The position numbers and the translations under genes were made by a program. A DNA stretch of 64,000 bases from Anaerolineae bacterium (lineage in GTDB: Bacteria > Chloroflexota > Anaerolineae > Aggregatilineales > Phototrophicaceae): NCBI GenBank assembly GCA_041753015.1, contig JBGSVJ010000003.1, forward strand, positions 371 through 64,370, in the 5' to 3' direction. This document shows positions 17,421-27,801 of this stretch, one piece after another (within the stretch, counting starts at the first letter, position 1; each line of letters begins with the position of its first letter). The notes below the pieces were generated by a model. The model was not told the DNA's origin. It saw only the letters and a list, made by a program, of their open reading frames with translations, and made no database searches.

Positions 17421-19352
17421 TTAGTCGCGGCGCTGCGTTTCGATGACCAGTTCTCCGGCAGGGACGAGCAGCGTTTCCGGCATTGATCCACCGCCCATCA
17501 GTTTCATGATCGCATGCAGAGCGGTTTCGGCAGTCAGGCGGCGGTTGATCTCAACATAGCCCCGCACGAAGCGTCCTTCCGCCAACCATGTTGGTGCGCT
17601 CGTTCCTGTGGATACGGTAAATACATTCACTGTCGCCGGATCATGCGAGAGCGGGATTATCCCTGCGGTTTCGAGTGCTTCGATTACGCCAAGCGTCGTC
17701 GCATCATTCGGCGTCAGCACGAAATTGGGCATCGTGCCGCGCTTGAGCATATTGTCGATGTACGCCGCTGCGCTAATTTCGTCGCTGGAGACGGCAGCAT
17801 CAATGATCCTCATCGCGGCAAGTTCCGCGCCGTCGAGCAGCCCGTCGATGAATCCGTGCGCGCGTGCCGCCATGATGTCCGAATTCCGGTCGGTCATCAC
17901 CACCGCTGTGAGCGCTGACGGATTCGCGTAATACGTGAGCGCGTAGCGGGCTGCCGCCTCGCCCAAGCGCTGCCCGGTGTCGTGATTGTCGTTGATCACC
18001 GTTACCGCGCCGCTGATCGGCGTGCTGCTGAACGCGACGATTGGCATCCCGGCGTCCGCCATCGCGCGAATGGCGGTATTGATGATTTCAGCACTGAGCG
18101 CACAGACGATTAAGGCGCGCGCGCCCTGCAACTGCGCGGTCTGCATTTGGGCGACCAACATGTGTACATCGCGGTTCGCATTAAACATGCGGTAGCCGAT
18201 TCCGTAGCTGGATGCCAGCGCCGCCATCTCGTTGATGCTCGCGTTTGTAGCGGTGTTATCGGTTGAACAAGTGATATAGGCGATAAATCCACTGCCCGCA
18301 AAAGCCGCCTGCGCCTGCTTGATCTCTTGCTCTGTCGGTTCGGCGTCGGCGGGGATTCCGGTTGTTCCCCATTCGATGGCACTTTCGTGGAAGTAGCGCG
18401 GGTACGGGCTTTCATTTATCGTGCCGATTACGCCGGTCAACATTGCCAGTATGCCGACGAAGACCACAAATAAGGCGAGATGATGACTGCGCTGGCGCGT
18501 GCTCTGCGTCCACTGTTCCATTGCCGACATGAAACCCTCGCGCAGTGCAGTCACGGAGGCATAGCGTTCCGCCGGTGCTTTTCGGATCGCCTGATCGATC
18601 ACGGTTGCCACATGTGTCGGAACGGTATGATTCAGGTCACGAATGGGCAGCGGCGGATGTTGAAACTGTTTGGTAAGGGTGGTGGGAATACTCCCGTCGT
18701 AGCTGGAAAAGGCAGGTTTACCCGTGAGCATCTCGTACATGATCAAGCCGAGGCAGTAGACATCGGTTCTGGCGTCGATCATGCCCGCGTTGATCTGTTC
18801 CGGTGCGAGATAAGCAGGAGTCCCATTAAGTCCTTTCACGCTGAGGGAAGAGCCGTTGAGCAGATGCGCCATGCCAAAATCGGCAAGGTACGCGTTGCCG
18901 TGCTCATCGAGCAGAATGTTACTCGGCTTCAAGTCGCAGTGAATCACCCCCCGGCTGTGCGCGTATTCCAACGCTGCCGCGATTTGCTGAACGATGCGCG
19001 CGATTTGTTCACGCGATAGCCTTCCCGCTTTGATCGCGTCCGCCAGCGTGCCGCCGCGCATCATGCGCATGGCGAAGAAAGCGCTGCCTGTTTCCGAATC
19101 AACTCCGCAGTCATACAGCGCGACGATATGCAAATGCTCAAGGGCGGCGATATGTTGTGCCTCTGCCGCGAAGCGCGCTAAAAACTGCGCGTTTTCGCTG
19201 ACATCGGGTTCGAGGTGAATGAGCTTGAGGGCGATTTCGCGTTCTTCGGCAGGCTGAAAGGCACGGTATACACGCGCTCGATCACCGCGCGCCAGCAGAT
19301 AATCTAACCTGTATCCGCCGATTGATAGGGGCTTGCTATCCATCAACGCCAT
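17421..19352 (-). CDS. Ser/Thr protein kinase, TM, extracellular type-I periplasmic-binding (sugar-binding-like) domain
   Basis: IALK, HCDLKPSN, DFG, GTPAYLAPE; hydrophobic TM; C-terminal RbsB-like motifs (DNHDTGQRLG, ARAHGF, PNDATTLG). Confidence 0.85.
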   Translation of the reverse strand: MALMDSKPLSIGGYRLDYLLARGDRARVYRAFQPAEEREIALKLIHLEPDVSENAQFLARFAAEAQHIAALEHLHIVALYDCGVDSETGSAFFAMRMMRGGTLADAIKAGRLSREQIARIVQQIAAALEYAHSRGVIHCDLKPSNILLDEHGNAYLADFGMAHLLNGSSLSVKGLNGTPAYLAPEQINAGMIDARTDVYCLGLIMYEMLTGKPAFSSYDGSIPTTLTKQFQHPPLPIRDLNHTVPTHVATVIDQAIRKAPAERYASVTALREGFMSAMEQWTQSTRQRSHHLALFVVFVGILAMLTGVIGTINESPYPRYFHESAIEWGTTGIPADAEPTEQEIKQAQAAFAGSGFIAYITCSTDNTATNASINEMAALASSYGIGYRMFNANRDVHMLVAQMQTAQLQGARALIVCALSAEIINTAIRAMADAGMPIVAFSSTPISGAVTVINDNHDTGQRLGEAAARYALTYYANPSALTAVVMTDRNSDIMAARAHGFIDGLLDGAELAAMRIIDAAVSSDEISAAAYIDNMLKRGTMPNFVLTPNDATTLGVIEALETAGIIPLSHDPATVNVFTVSTGTSAPTWLAEGRFVRGYVEINRRLTAETALHAIMKLMGGGSMPETLLVPAGELVIETQRRD

Positions 19353-19554
19353 GAATACACCTAATTATCCAGCGTAAGGCTGATTCTCAAGCCGTTCTTT
19401 GGTGCCCCTTAATTTTGGCATTTAACGGCTGTCCTGTCGCTAGATGGACGGCAAAAATCACAGATTCATTACAAACGTCATGGCATATGGATAAGGGTAT
19501 CGAAAAAGGAATGTTTATGTAACCGGTTCTTTTCCACCGATTGCACACCGCTGT

Positions 19555-19572
19555 TTGTGACTGTCTTCACAA
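19555..19572. promoter_or_regulatory. CRP/FNR- or Rex-type palindrome
   Basis: TTGTGA-CTGTCT-TCACAA in the divergent kinase/ABC intergenic region. Confidence 0.6.
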
Positions 19573-19722
19573 GCACAAGAATCACCAAAGAACTCAGCGG
19601 TTGTTTGGCGACTTTGATGATTTGGCGAATCTCCACAATTGTTTATACAATACACGTCCATCTGTAACATTTGTTAAAAACTCGCCGTTCGCTTATCCAA
19701 GAGATCACACACACTGAGCGTT

Positions 19723-20631
19723 ATGGCTGCAAACACAGCACAATCCGCTTCACCGCGCCCTGCCTCGCTCCGCTTTCAATGGGGGCAGTTTCGTGTTTTC
19801 TTCTTCTCTCTCATCATCATGGTTGCTATCGGAGTTCTGTGGGAAGGCGGAAAAGCATTCGCCGCCGCGAATGGCTACGCGCTGACAGTCGGCGGCACGA
19901 CGATTGATCTGACACTCTTCAACGATGCACAGCTCCCGCATCTGGCGGATATTGCCCGCGCCTTTGGAGAACCTGCCCAGCGCAACGGCGAACCACTCTA
20001 CCAAATGTTGATCAGCGCGGGATGGTTTACGCTGTGGTCAGCGATGCAGGGGTTCGTCATCGGTGGGATCATCGGCTTCATACTCGCGTTGATCTTCGCA
20101 CATTCGCGCTTGATGCAGCGCGGTTTGCTGCCGTATGTCGTCGCATCGCAGACGATTCCAATCTTGGCGATTGCGCCAATGATCGTGATCTGGATGGGGC
20201 GGATGGGAAATGTCGAACTCGCCGTGCCGATTATCGCCGCGTATCTGACCTTCTTTCCAGTGACGATTTACACACTGCGCGGCTTAACGTCGGTGTCTGC
20301 ACACGCGCTCGAACTCATGCAGACTTACGCTGCATCGCCTGTGCAAATCTTGATCAAACTGCGGTTGCCGAACGCACTGCCGCAGATTTTTACGGCGCTC
20401 AAGATCAGCGCAACCAGCAGTGTGGTCGGCGCGATCATCGGTGAACTGCCGTCAGGCATTCAAAATGGGCTGGGGATCGCCATTCTCAACTTCGCTCGCT
20501 ATTACAACCAATCGCCGCCGCGCTTGTATGCGACCATCGTCGCCGCCGGGTTGATTGGCATCTTGTTCTTCGCCGCTGTTGCGCTGGTGGAACGCCTCGT
20601 GATCCGCTGGCATGTAAACGAAAGCCCGTAG
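19723..20631 (+). CDS. ABC transporter permease (SsuC/TauC type)
   Basis: QTIPILAIAP, KLRLPNALPQIF, GAIIGE. Confidence 0.93.
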   Translation: MAANTAQSASPRPASLRFQWGQFRVFFFSLIIMVAIGVLWEGGKAFAAANGYALTVGGTTIDLTLFNDAQLPHLADIARAFGEPAQRNGEPLYQMLISAGWFTLWSAMQGFVIGGIIGFILALIFAHSRLMQRGLLPYVVASQTIPILAIAPMIVIWMGRMGNVELAVPIIAAYLTFFPVTIYTLRGLTSVSAHALELMQTYAASPVQILIKLRLPNALPQIFTALKISATSSVVGAIIGELPSGIQNGLGIAILNFARYYNQSPPRLYATIVAAGLIGILFFAAVALVERLVIRWHVNESP

Positions 20632-20645
20632 AAAGACCGAAGCCT

Positions 20646-21440
20646 GTGACGACCATCATCTCGCTCAAGAATGTCTCCAAGACTTTTCGCATCAAGGACG
20701 GGACGACCGTCCATGCGCTCGATAATATCAACTTGGACGTGAAGGAAGGCGAATTCGTCTCGCTGATCGGACCATCCGGTTGTGGGAAAAGCACATTGCT
20801 CCGGTTAATCGCTGATCTCCTCCCGCCGACCGAAGGGTTGGTGATGGTGAACGGGAAATCTGCCGCGCAAGCCCGCAAGACGCGCGACTCCGGGTTTGTC
20901 TTTCAAAATGCGACGCTTTACGACTGGCGCACCGTCATCAAGAACGTCGAACTCCCGCTCGAAATCATGGGCTTTTCGCGCGAAGAACGCGAACACCGCG
21001 CCCGCGAGATGCTGGCACTGGTTGAACTCAAGGGGTTTGAGAACAAGTATCCTTGGCAGCTTTCCGGTGGGATGCAGCAGCGTGTGAGCATCGCTCGTGC
21101 GCTGGCATTTAAGCCGCGCATTCTGTTGATGGATGAACCCTTCGGCGCGCTTGACGAGATGACGCGCGAACGCATGAATAACGAACTCCTGAGCATCTAC
21201 ACAGAATTCAAAGAAATGTCGGTCATCTTTGTGACGCACAGCATCGCGGAGGCGGTGTATTTGTCGACCAAAGTGATCGTACTGTCGCCGCGACCGGGCA
21301 GAATCGCCGAGGTGATCGATATTCATCTACCGCAGCCGCGCGGACCAGAAACCCGCGAACACGACGATTATTTTCATCTGACGGCTCAAGTGCGTCATGC
21401 GCTGCGCGGGCATATGGCACAGCATGGGTTTGACGAATAG
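20646..21440 (+). CDS. ABC transporter ATP-binding protein
   Basis: GPSGCGKS, LSGGMQQR, LLMDEPF, VTH. Confidence 0.97.
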   Translation: MTTIISLKNVSKTFRIKDGTTVHALDNINLDVKEGEFVSLIGPSGCGKSTLLRLIADLLPPTEGLVMVNGKSAAQARKTRDSGFVFQNATLYDWRTVIKNVELPLEIMGFSREEREHRAREMLALVELKGFENKYPWQLSGGMQQRVSIARALAFKPRILLMDEPFGALDEMTRERMNNELLSIYTEFKEMSVIFVTHSIAEAVYLSTKVIVLSPRPGRIAEVIDIHLPQPRGPETREHDDYFHLTAQVRHALRGHMAQHGFDE

Positions 21441-21445
21441 GCATC

Positions 21446-22729
21446 ATGGCGAACATCCTCAACCTCAATTCGCCGCCTGCCGGGGCGATGCCCGCCGTCC
21501 GCGACGACATTCACCCACCGTCTCTAGGGGCGGATATGATCGCGCTGGTGACGATTATTCTCATCGCGGCGGCGTATCATATTCAGAACCCGATCATGCA
21601 GTTTGAAACGCAGTTCGGTTCGGCGTTTCGGAATGCGTCGCTTCAGCCCGTGATCCCGCTTATGCTGGTGGTCGCTGTCGCCGCGCTGATCGGGCGCACA
21701 TGGCAAACGAATCCCATAAAACTAGGGGGCGCGGTTATCCTAATCGCCTATACGCTGTATGTGATGCTGGCGATTCTGGCGAAGGTGAATCTTGCCGGGA
21801 TGGTGATGGGAATCGACAGCGCGGTTTTTTCGGCGCGTTTGAACGATACATCCCCGATGGAGCAGCTTACCGCGCACGCGAATGTGACGGCGTTCCTTGA
21901 ATGGGCGGCACTGATCGCGGTCTTTGCGTTTTGGCATCCTTGGTCACGTTTGAAGGTGTACAGGGGTGCGATCCGCAAGCAGTCCGCGCCGCTGATCGTT
22001 GCGGTGCTGGTGCTGTTGGCGTGGGAACTGCTGATCACCGTGTTCAGCATTCAAGAATTTCTTCTGCCGCGCCCGACCGTGATCGGCGGCACATTTTTCG
22101 AAACCTACCCGCGCTTGGTCAGCGCCGGGTGGAACACCTTCTTAAATGCCTTCTGGGGCTTCGCGGTCGGCTGCGGAGCGGGCATTTTGACCGGAATTGC
22201 GGCGGCACGTTTCACATCGTTCAGCCGCGCTTTACTGCCGATTGCGATTGCGATCAACGCCGTGCCGATCATCGCGCTTGCGCCGATCTTCAACAACTGG
22301 TTTGGCGCGCTGAACCCGGCAAGCAAGATCGCCATTGTCGCCGTCCTGACGTACTTTCCGACGATGATCAGCACCGTGAAGGGGTTGACCTCGGTCGATC
22401 CGCTCTCGCTGGAGTTGATGACCTCGTATGCCGCGTCACCGTTTGCCGTCTTTCGCAAACTCCGCCTGCCAAGCGCGCTTCCGTATATCTTTTCGGCGCT
22501 CAAGGTGGCAACCTCGCTCAGTATGATCGCCGCGATTGTCAGTGAGTATTTCGGTGGATCAACGGCGGGGTTGGGGTATAAGATTCGTGACGACGCGGGG
22601 CTGTTCAAGTATCCTGAAGCATGGGCGTCGATTTTGATGGCGTCACTGTTCGGGATATTGTTCTATCTTGCGGTTTCTGCCGTGGAACGGTCGCTGATGA
22701 GTTGGCACGTATCGTTCCGCGAGAAATAA
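21446..22729 (+). CDS. ABC transporter permease with N-terminal TM extension
   Basis: LLPRP, AVPIIALAP, KLRLPSALPYIF. Confidence 0.92.
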   Translation: MANILNLNSPPAGAMPAVRDDIHPPSLGADMIALVTIILIAAAYHIQNPIMQFETQFGSAFRNASLQPVIPLMLVVAVAALIGRTWQTNPIKLGGAVILIAYTLYVMLAILAKVNLAGMVMGIDSAVFSARLNDTSPMEQLTAHANVTAFLEWAALIAVFAFWHPWSRLKVYRGAIRKQSAPLIVAVLVLLAWELLITVFSIQEFLLPRPTVIGGTFFETYPRLVSAGWNTFLNAFWGFAVGCGAGILTGIAAARFTSFSRALLPIAIAINAVPIIALAPIFNNWFGALNPASKIAIVAVLTYFPTMISTVKGLTSVDPLSLELMTSYAASPFAVFRKLRLPSALPYIFSALKVATSLSMIAAIVSEYFGGSTAGLGYKIRDDAGLFKYPEAWASILMASLFGILFYLAVSAVERSLMSWHVSFREK

Positions 22730-22765
22730 GCGCTACTGTTTCTGCTATTGGAGGATAAGGGGACT

Positions 22766-23872
22766 ATGCGGAAATTTACTCTGGTCGCTGTGTTGGCGCT
22801 GTTCGCGCTGGCGCTTGCTTTCCCGGCGGTGGCGCAGGATACCGTCGCGGTGAGCGTGGTTTTGAAGTGGGTTCCTCAGGCGCAGTTCGCGGGCTTCTAC
22901 GCCGCCGCTGCACAAGGGTACTATGCTGAAGAAGGGCTGGATGTGACCATCGTTCCGGCGGGTGTCGATATTAACCCGCAGCAGTTGGTCGCGTCGGGCG
23001 ATGCTGAATTTGGTACTGACTGGATGGGGAACTTGCTGGCGACGCGCGAAACAGGTCAGGATGTTGTCAGTATCGCGCAGGTTTACCAGCGTTCCGGTAT
23101 GCGCCAGATCACATGGGTGGACAGCGGCTTGACGAGCTTTGACTCGCTCGGTGGTCGCGTGGTTGGTGTATGGTGCTGCGGCAACCAGTTCCCGACCTTT
23201 GCGGCGCTCACCCGCGCTGGTTTTGATGTGGAAAACCCGGATGATGTAACGATTGCGCAGCAGGCGTTTGATATGAATGCCTTCCTCGCGCGCGAAATCG
23301 ACGCGGCGAGCGCGATGACCTACAACGAACTCGCGCAGGTGCTCGAATATGTGGGTGAAGGCGGCGAATTCCCGGTCTACACCCTCGATGATCTGAACGT
23401 CCTCGACTTCAACGAATACGGTACGGCGATGCTAGAAGACGGCATTTTCGTCCGCGCTGATTGGCTCGCTCAGGAAGGCAACGAAGAAATTGCCATCCGC
23501 TTCCTGCGTGCGACGTTCCGGGGTTGGATCTACTGCCGCGACAACCCGAACGAGTGTGTGAACTTCGTCCTCGAAGCCGGTCCGACGCTCGGTCAGGGGC
23601 ATCAGGTTTGGCAGATGAACGAAGTCAACAAGCTGATTTGGCCGTCGTCGAATGGCATCGGCATCATGGATCCCGAAGCGTTCAGCATCACCGCCCAGAT
23701 CGCGCTGGATTACGGCATCATCAGCAGCCCGGCGGAAGGCGAAGGCGTGACGTATCGCTCCGACTTCGCTCAGGCGGCGCTCGACAGCCTGCTGGCTGAT
23801 ATGAGTGGGCTTGATGTGACAGGTGAAGGCTTCGTCCCGCTGGACGTGGAAATTACCCCGAACGGGGAATAA
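22766..23872 (+). CDS. NMT1/THI5-like ABC substrate-binding protein
   Basis: Signal peptide, LKWVPQAQFAGFYAA, GYYAEEGLDV, AMTYNE. Confidence 0.9.
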   Translation: MRKFTLVAVLALFALALAFPAVAQDTVAVSVVLKWVPQAQFAGFYAAAAQGYYAEEGLDVTIVPAGVDINPQQLVASGDAEFGTDWMGNLLATRETGQDVVSIAQVYQRSGMRQITWVDSGLTSFDSLGGRVVGVWCCGNQFPTFAALTRAGFDVENPDDVTIAQQAFDMNAFLAREIDAASAMTYNELAQVLEYVGEGGEFPVYTLDDLNVLDFNEYGTAMLEDGIFVRADWLAQEGNEEIAIRFLRATFRGWIYCRDNPNECVNFVLEAGPTLGQGHQVWQMNEVNKLIWPSSNGIGIMDPEAFSITAQIALDYGIISSPAEGEGVTYRSDFAQAALDSLLADMSGLDVTGEGFVPLDVEITPNGE

Positions 23873-23890
23873 CTGCTCAACGGTCGTGCG

Positions 23891-23918
23891 TTCCTCTCCT
23901 CAGTTTTGGGGAGGGGAA
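23891..23918. repeat. Short family-B-like hairpin between convergent genes (possible terminator)
   Basis: ttcctctcctcagttttggggaggggaa. Confidence 0.5.
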
Positions 23919-23926
23919 CGTCCGAT

Positions 23927-24310
23927 TTATTCCTCGCTTACGTCGTCACGAAACTGCGCCAAAATTTCCGCCACATGTGCTTGCGCTTGTTCCTCTGTGC
24001 CAAAAAGCCGGGTGTAGCCGGGCTGCCCAAGCAGTTTGATCGTGGTTGCGTGGATAATTCCGCCGGGGTTGGTAATGACCACAACTGCCGCTAAATTAGG
24101 GGTAAAGGAGGCTTTGATGAAGATGCTCTCTGCTTTGACATTCATGCCGACTGCGGTACGCGCATCCACCAGCGCAACAATCGGTTCAGGACTCTTTTGG
24201 GCGACCTCCATCAACCGTCGCGCCCATTCGTCCGCATCTTGCTCGTCAAGAAACCCTGTTTCTAGCGCGAAGAACACACGATGCTCGAATTTATAGTCTG
24301 TGATCGGCAT
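23927..24310 (-). CDS. STAS/SEC14 (SpoIIAA-like) small protein
   Basis: Alpha/beta pattern, ALVDAR, LF-T-EQA C-terminal motif. Confidence 0.55.
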   Translation of the reverse strand: MPITDYKFEHRVFFALETGFLDEQDADEWARRLMEVAQKSPEPIVALVDARTAVGMNVKAESIFIKASFTPNLAAVVVITNPGGIIHATTIKLLGQPGYTRLFGTEEQAQAHVAEILAQFRDDVSEE

Positions 24311-24408
24311 GATGATCTATCCTATACAAGCCGAGAGCAAATGTTCCCCCCTAAGAGATTATACAATTATACAGCATGGGAATCGCAGCAACCGCTCCCC
24401 GACACCGG

Positions 24409-24912
24409 TTATGGCGCTATCATCGCCCGCATCCAAGGCAGATGTTCTTCGTAATGTCCGAAGCTGTTCCCAACGATGTATTCAAGGACAGGCTCGGAAA
24501 TATCCGCCGCCGGGTCGAAATAGTTATACGGGCGGGTTAAGTCCTCATCCGTCAAGGTGTCGATTGCGGTCAACAACTGCTCGTGCGTTTCCTCCATCAT
24601 CGCCTTGACCTCCACCCATGATAGGCTTCTACTGCGCGTTTGGATCGCGGCGTTGATCGCGTCTGTGCCCATATCCCACATATTCGCCGCAAAACCCATC
24701 GCGTCGGTACGCGACTGCTTCTTCAACAGCGCGGCGATCCCGATCTCCCAAAAGGCGATATGCACGATGTGATCCTTGATCGTCCAGCCCGCATGATCGC
24801 GCTTCTTGGTGAGGTCATCCTCTTCCAAGTCGTTTAGGAAGTCCCAGAGTTCGCGCCACGCTTGCGCCATGCGCTGCTTCAGGTTGGTGATGCTGATCGC
24901 GTTATCCGTCAT
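24409..24912 (-). CDS. DinB/ClbS/DfsB four-helix bundle protein
   Basis: GWTIKDHIVHIAFWE and GHYEEH metal-binding His motifs. Confidence 0.85.
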   Translation of the reverse strand: MTDNAISITNLKQRMAQAWRELWDFLNDLEEDDLTKKRDHAGWTIKDHIVHIAFWEIGIAALLKKQSRTDAMGFAANMWDMGTDAINAAIQTRSRSLSWVEVKAMMEETHEQLLTAIDTLTDEDLTRPYNYFDPAADISEPVLEYIVGNSFGHYEEHLPWMRAMIAP

Positions 24913-25826
24913 TTTGCCTCCGTTTGAATAGTTTTCTTCCAATAGTGACCTACATATGCTTCGGCAAACCCCATCGAGTCATAAAAGGCGTTCGCGCCGG
25001 GATCGTCGCCCGTATCGACCAACATTTCGCCCGCGCCTGCCGCTTTTGCGCGGTGCATGCCTTCGATCATGAGCGCTTGCGCCAGTCCCTTACGGCGGTG
25101 ATCCGGGTGTGTGACGACGGGTTCAAACACACCATAGCGCAAACTCGGATCGACGGTCACGCCGACATGCGCGGCAAGTGTGCCATCAGCGGCTTCTGCG
25201 ACGAGCGTCAGCTCATGGCGGAAGGAGGGCGAAAACGTCATGAAGTTTGCCAGTTCGAGTTCGTTGTGGATGGTTCGGTTGAATCCGGCATTCAACAGGG
25301 CAGCAAGCCCCGCCGCATCCGATAGGCTTGTTCCTCTAATGACATACCCTTCGGCGCGTGTGACGGTTGGCAGGTGACGACCGCCGAAACGCATCCGCCG
25401 GATCGTCCCGGTGTAGTCCTGACGGATGAATCCGCGCTCGCTTAGAACGCGGTTTCGCGGCGCGTCGTGATCAAAGGCGAACGTTTCGACCACAGGCGGA
25501 TCACCCACTGCGCACGCGGTTTCCGCCCATGCGATCATTTCATCTTCCAGATCGCGGTAATCGGGGTGAATTTGCACGTAAAAATTGCCGGGATATTCCG
25601 GATTGACCACGCCGACCAGTTCACCGTGTTCGGTTTCCCATAAGCGGCGCGTGCGCTCCCATTCTGGATTCCACGAAAGGTCATCGTTGTGAAAATGCTT
25701 GCCATCCCAGCGGCGGATTTCCCAATTCACGCCGAGCGCGGTGATCGGGTAGGTGCAAACGAGTAGATTGCGAACTTTCTCAAAGTCAGCGGGCTGCGAA
25801 TAGGGGCGAGAAGTGATGCGTTGCAT
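24909..25826 (-). CDS. Tandem-GNAT N-acetyltransferase
   Basis: VTHPDHRRKGLAQAL, ANAFYDSMGF. Confidence 0.9.
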   Translation of the reverse strand: MQRITSRPYSQPADFEKVRNLLVCTYPITALGVNWEIRRWDGKHFHNDDLSWNPEWERTRRLWETEHGELVGVVNPEYPGNFYVQIHPDYRDLEDEMIAWAETACAVGDPPVVETFAFDHDAPRNRVLSERGFIRQDYTGTIRRMRFGGRHLPTVTRAEGYVIRGTSLSDAAGLAALLNAGFNRTIHNELELANFMTFSPSFRHELTLVAEAADGTLAAHVGVTVDPSLRYGVFEPVVTHPDHRRKGLAQALMIEGMHRAKAAGAGEMLVDTGDDPGANAFYDSMGFAEAYVGHYWKKTIQTEAK

Positions 25827-25924
25827 AAAGGGGCTTCTTTCTTTCGTTCAAGAGGATTAAATCGCAGAGAGATTGCGCCTAAAAGAGTAGGTTTCTTCTC
25901 CAACGCAAGCGCTAGAGAGGTGTT

Positions 25925-25993
25925 GTAGGGGCGCGTCGCGACGCGCCCGCCAGCATTTTGATATATTTCGGGCGGCTCGCGAGCCGCCCCTAC
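25925..25993. repeat. REPIN-like inverted pair of GTAG REPs (family A)
   Basis: gtaggggcgcgtcgcgacgcgccc - spacer - gggcggctcgcgagccgcccctac. Confidence 0.88.
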
Positions 25994-26037
25994 AGATCCC
26001 TCAACCCACGCAAGCAGGGTGAGGGGAATTGCTCCGT

Positions 26038-27801
26038 TTACCGAATGGTTGGGTCGTTGATCCACACGTCATTCGAGAACAACGTGAGGCTTTCGATCAA
26101 CAGGTTCTGGGTGTACCCGTAGCGGAACTCATACACGTTCAACCCGTTGTATTGGCTAATCACCGGGCGTTCAACCCCGGTCGCGTTATCGAACACCGAA
26201 AACACCGCCTCGCAGTCAAGTTGATCGACTGCCGGAGCGGGGCAGAGTTCCAACGCGACCTGAGCCGTGCGCGCCCCCAGATTATCGCTGATGTACGTCA
26301 CGCGGATGTAATCCCATGACACCAACTGCTTGGTGAGTTCGAGTTCGTCGCGGTTAGGCGGCGCAACTGGCGTCTGACCGAGCAAGACCTGAAGGAGCGG
26401 ACCACCGCCTGTCGGGGTTGGCGTCGGACCGGGTCCGCTGCACCAATACGCATCACAGTACGCGACAGGAACCGCGCCGTTAAACGTCGGCAGCGACCGG
26501 AACACAGTTTCCGCCATATCCGTGAAGCGCACGTCGATATACAGCGCGAAATCCGATCCCGTCACAAACATCATCGTGCTTTCGCCATAGTTGCGATACA
26601 CGGCGCGGAACGGTACGCCGCCGGGCATCGTCCCCATGTACAGCGTTGCCGCGACATCGAGATACGCAAACGCATAATCCGACTCTGCGCTGAAGCGGCG
26701 GATTTCTTCAGCTTCACCCTCAACAATGTCGAGTTCCGGCGGATTTTCGACATAATCATTCACGAGGCGCGTCACCTGCGCACAGTAATCCGGCGCGTTA
26801 ACGTCCACCGTGTCGATGGTGAAGTTCGGGTAATTGATCTCGCTGATCAAGGCGAGCGTGCGGACGTTGAAATCGCAGCGGTCGAGCGCATTCGCGCCGA
26901 GCCACCCCTGCGGTCGCACGCCAAGTCCGGCGGTCGCATCTGCCAGCAGTTCGAGATTGCGCCGCAGCGTCAGGTACGCGCTTGCCGGATTGCTCGGAAC
27001 ACTGAGTGACCACCCCGGCGGACGGATGCCGACGCCGAGCGCTTGATTGGCGACGGTTTCGAGGTCGAGCAGGATATTGGCGTTGTACGATGGGTTATCG
27101 CGCGCGCTGTCGCCAATGTAGCCCTGTGGCAGCGACGGGAACAACGTCGAGGTCAGCAGATCGAGATCGAGCCGCACATCGACGATTCCCTGTTCGGGGA
27201 CGATGCGATTTTCCGGCAGTGTGAAGATGATCTCAATCAGGTCATCTTCGATTTCAGCGCTGATCGCCAAACAGTAGTTGAGCGCAGACTCCGGCGTGGT
27301 GGGCGAGATGCCGTAAAACAGGTTGATCACGGTGAGTACGTTTTGCAGTGTGCGCTCACAGCGCGTCGTCGGCAGCGGCGAACCACGCCACTCTTGTGGG
27401 CGTGTCGTCCCGTTGAATACTTGATCGGCGGCGAGCTCCAGATCATGGCGGACGTTGCGCGCCAGAATATTCGCCACGGTGACCGTGACGCCGATCCATT
27501 CGGGTGGGCGCACGCCTTCACCGAAGACGGCATCTGCCAGCAGTTCGTTATCCAGCCATACATCGGCTACAAATGAGAGTGAATCGACGCTGATGTTCCC
27601 TGTCCAGCCTTGCGGACGTGTGTTGACCCCCAATACTTGATCGGCGAGTAACTCCAGATCGTTGCGGGTGTCAAAAACGGTGCGCTGGAAAACGTCGGAG
27701 ATGTCTTGCGCCATTGGGGCGGCGAAACCATGCAGCCCCAGCAGGGTCAGCACGAGGATAGCAATCCCCAGTCCTTTGTACTGTCGCCAAAGTCGTCGCA
27801 T
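26038..27801 (-). CDS. Secreted hypothetical protein with six internal repeats
   Basis: Signal peptide; recurring DLELLADxxxGxxxRPxGW motif. Confidence 0.8.
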   Translation of the reverse strand: MRRLWRQYKGLGIAILVLTLLGLHGFAAPMAQDISDVFQRTVFDTRNDLELLADQVLGVNTRPQGWTGNISVDSLSFVADVWLDNELLADAVFGEGVRPPEWIGVTVTVANILARNVRHDLELAADQVFNGTTRPQEWRGSPLPTTRCERTLQNVLTVINLFYGISPTTPESALNYCLAISAEIEDDLIEIIFTLPENRIVPEQGIVDVRLDLDLLTSTLFPSLPQGYIGDSARDNPSYNANILLDLETVANQALGVGIRPPGWSLSVPSNPASAYLTLRRNLELLADATAGLGVRPQGWLGANALDRCDFNVRTLALISEINYPNFTIDTVDVNAPDYCAQVTRLVNDYVENPPELDIVEGEAEEIRRFSAESDYAFAYLDVAATLYMGTMPGGVPFRAVYRNYGESTMMFVTGSDFALYIDVRFTDMAETVFRSLPTFNGAVPVAYCDAYWCSGPGPTPTPTGGGPLLQVLLGQTPVAPPNRDELELTKQLVSWDYIRVTYISDNLGARTAQVALELCPAPAVDQLDCEAVFSVFDNATGVERPVISQYNGLNVYEFRYGYTQNLLIESLTLFSNDVWINDPTIR

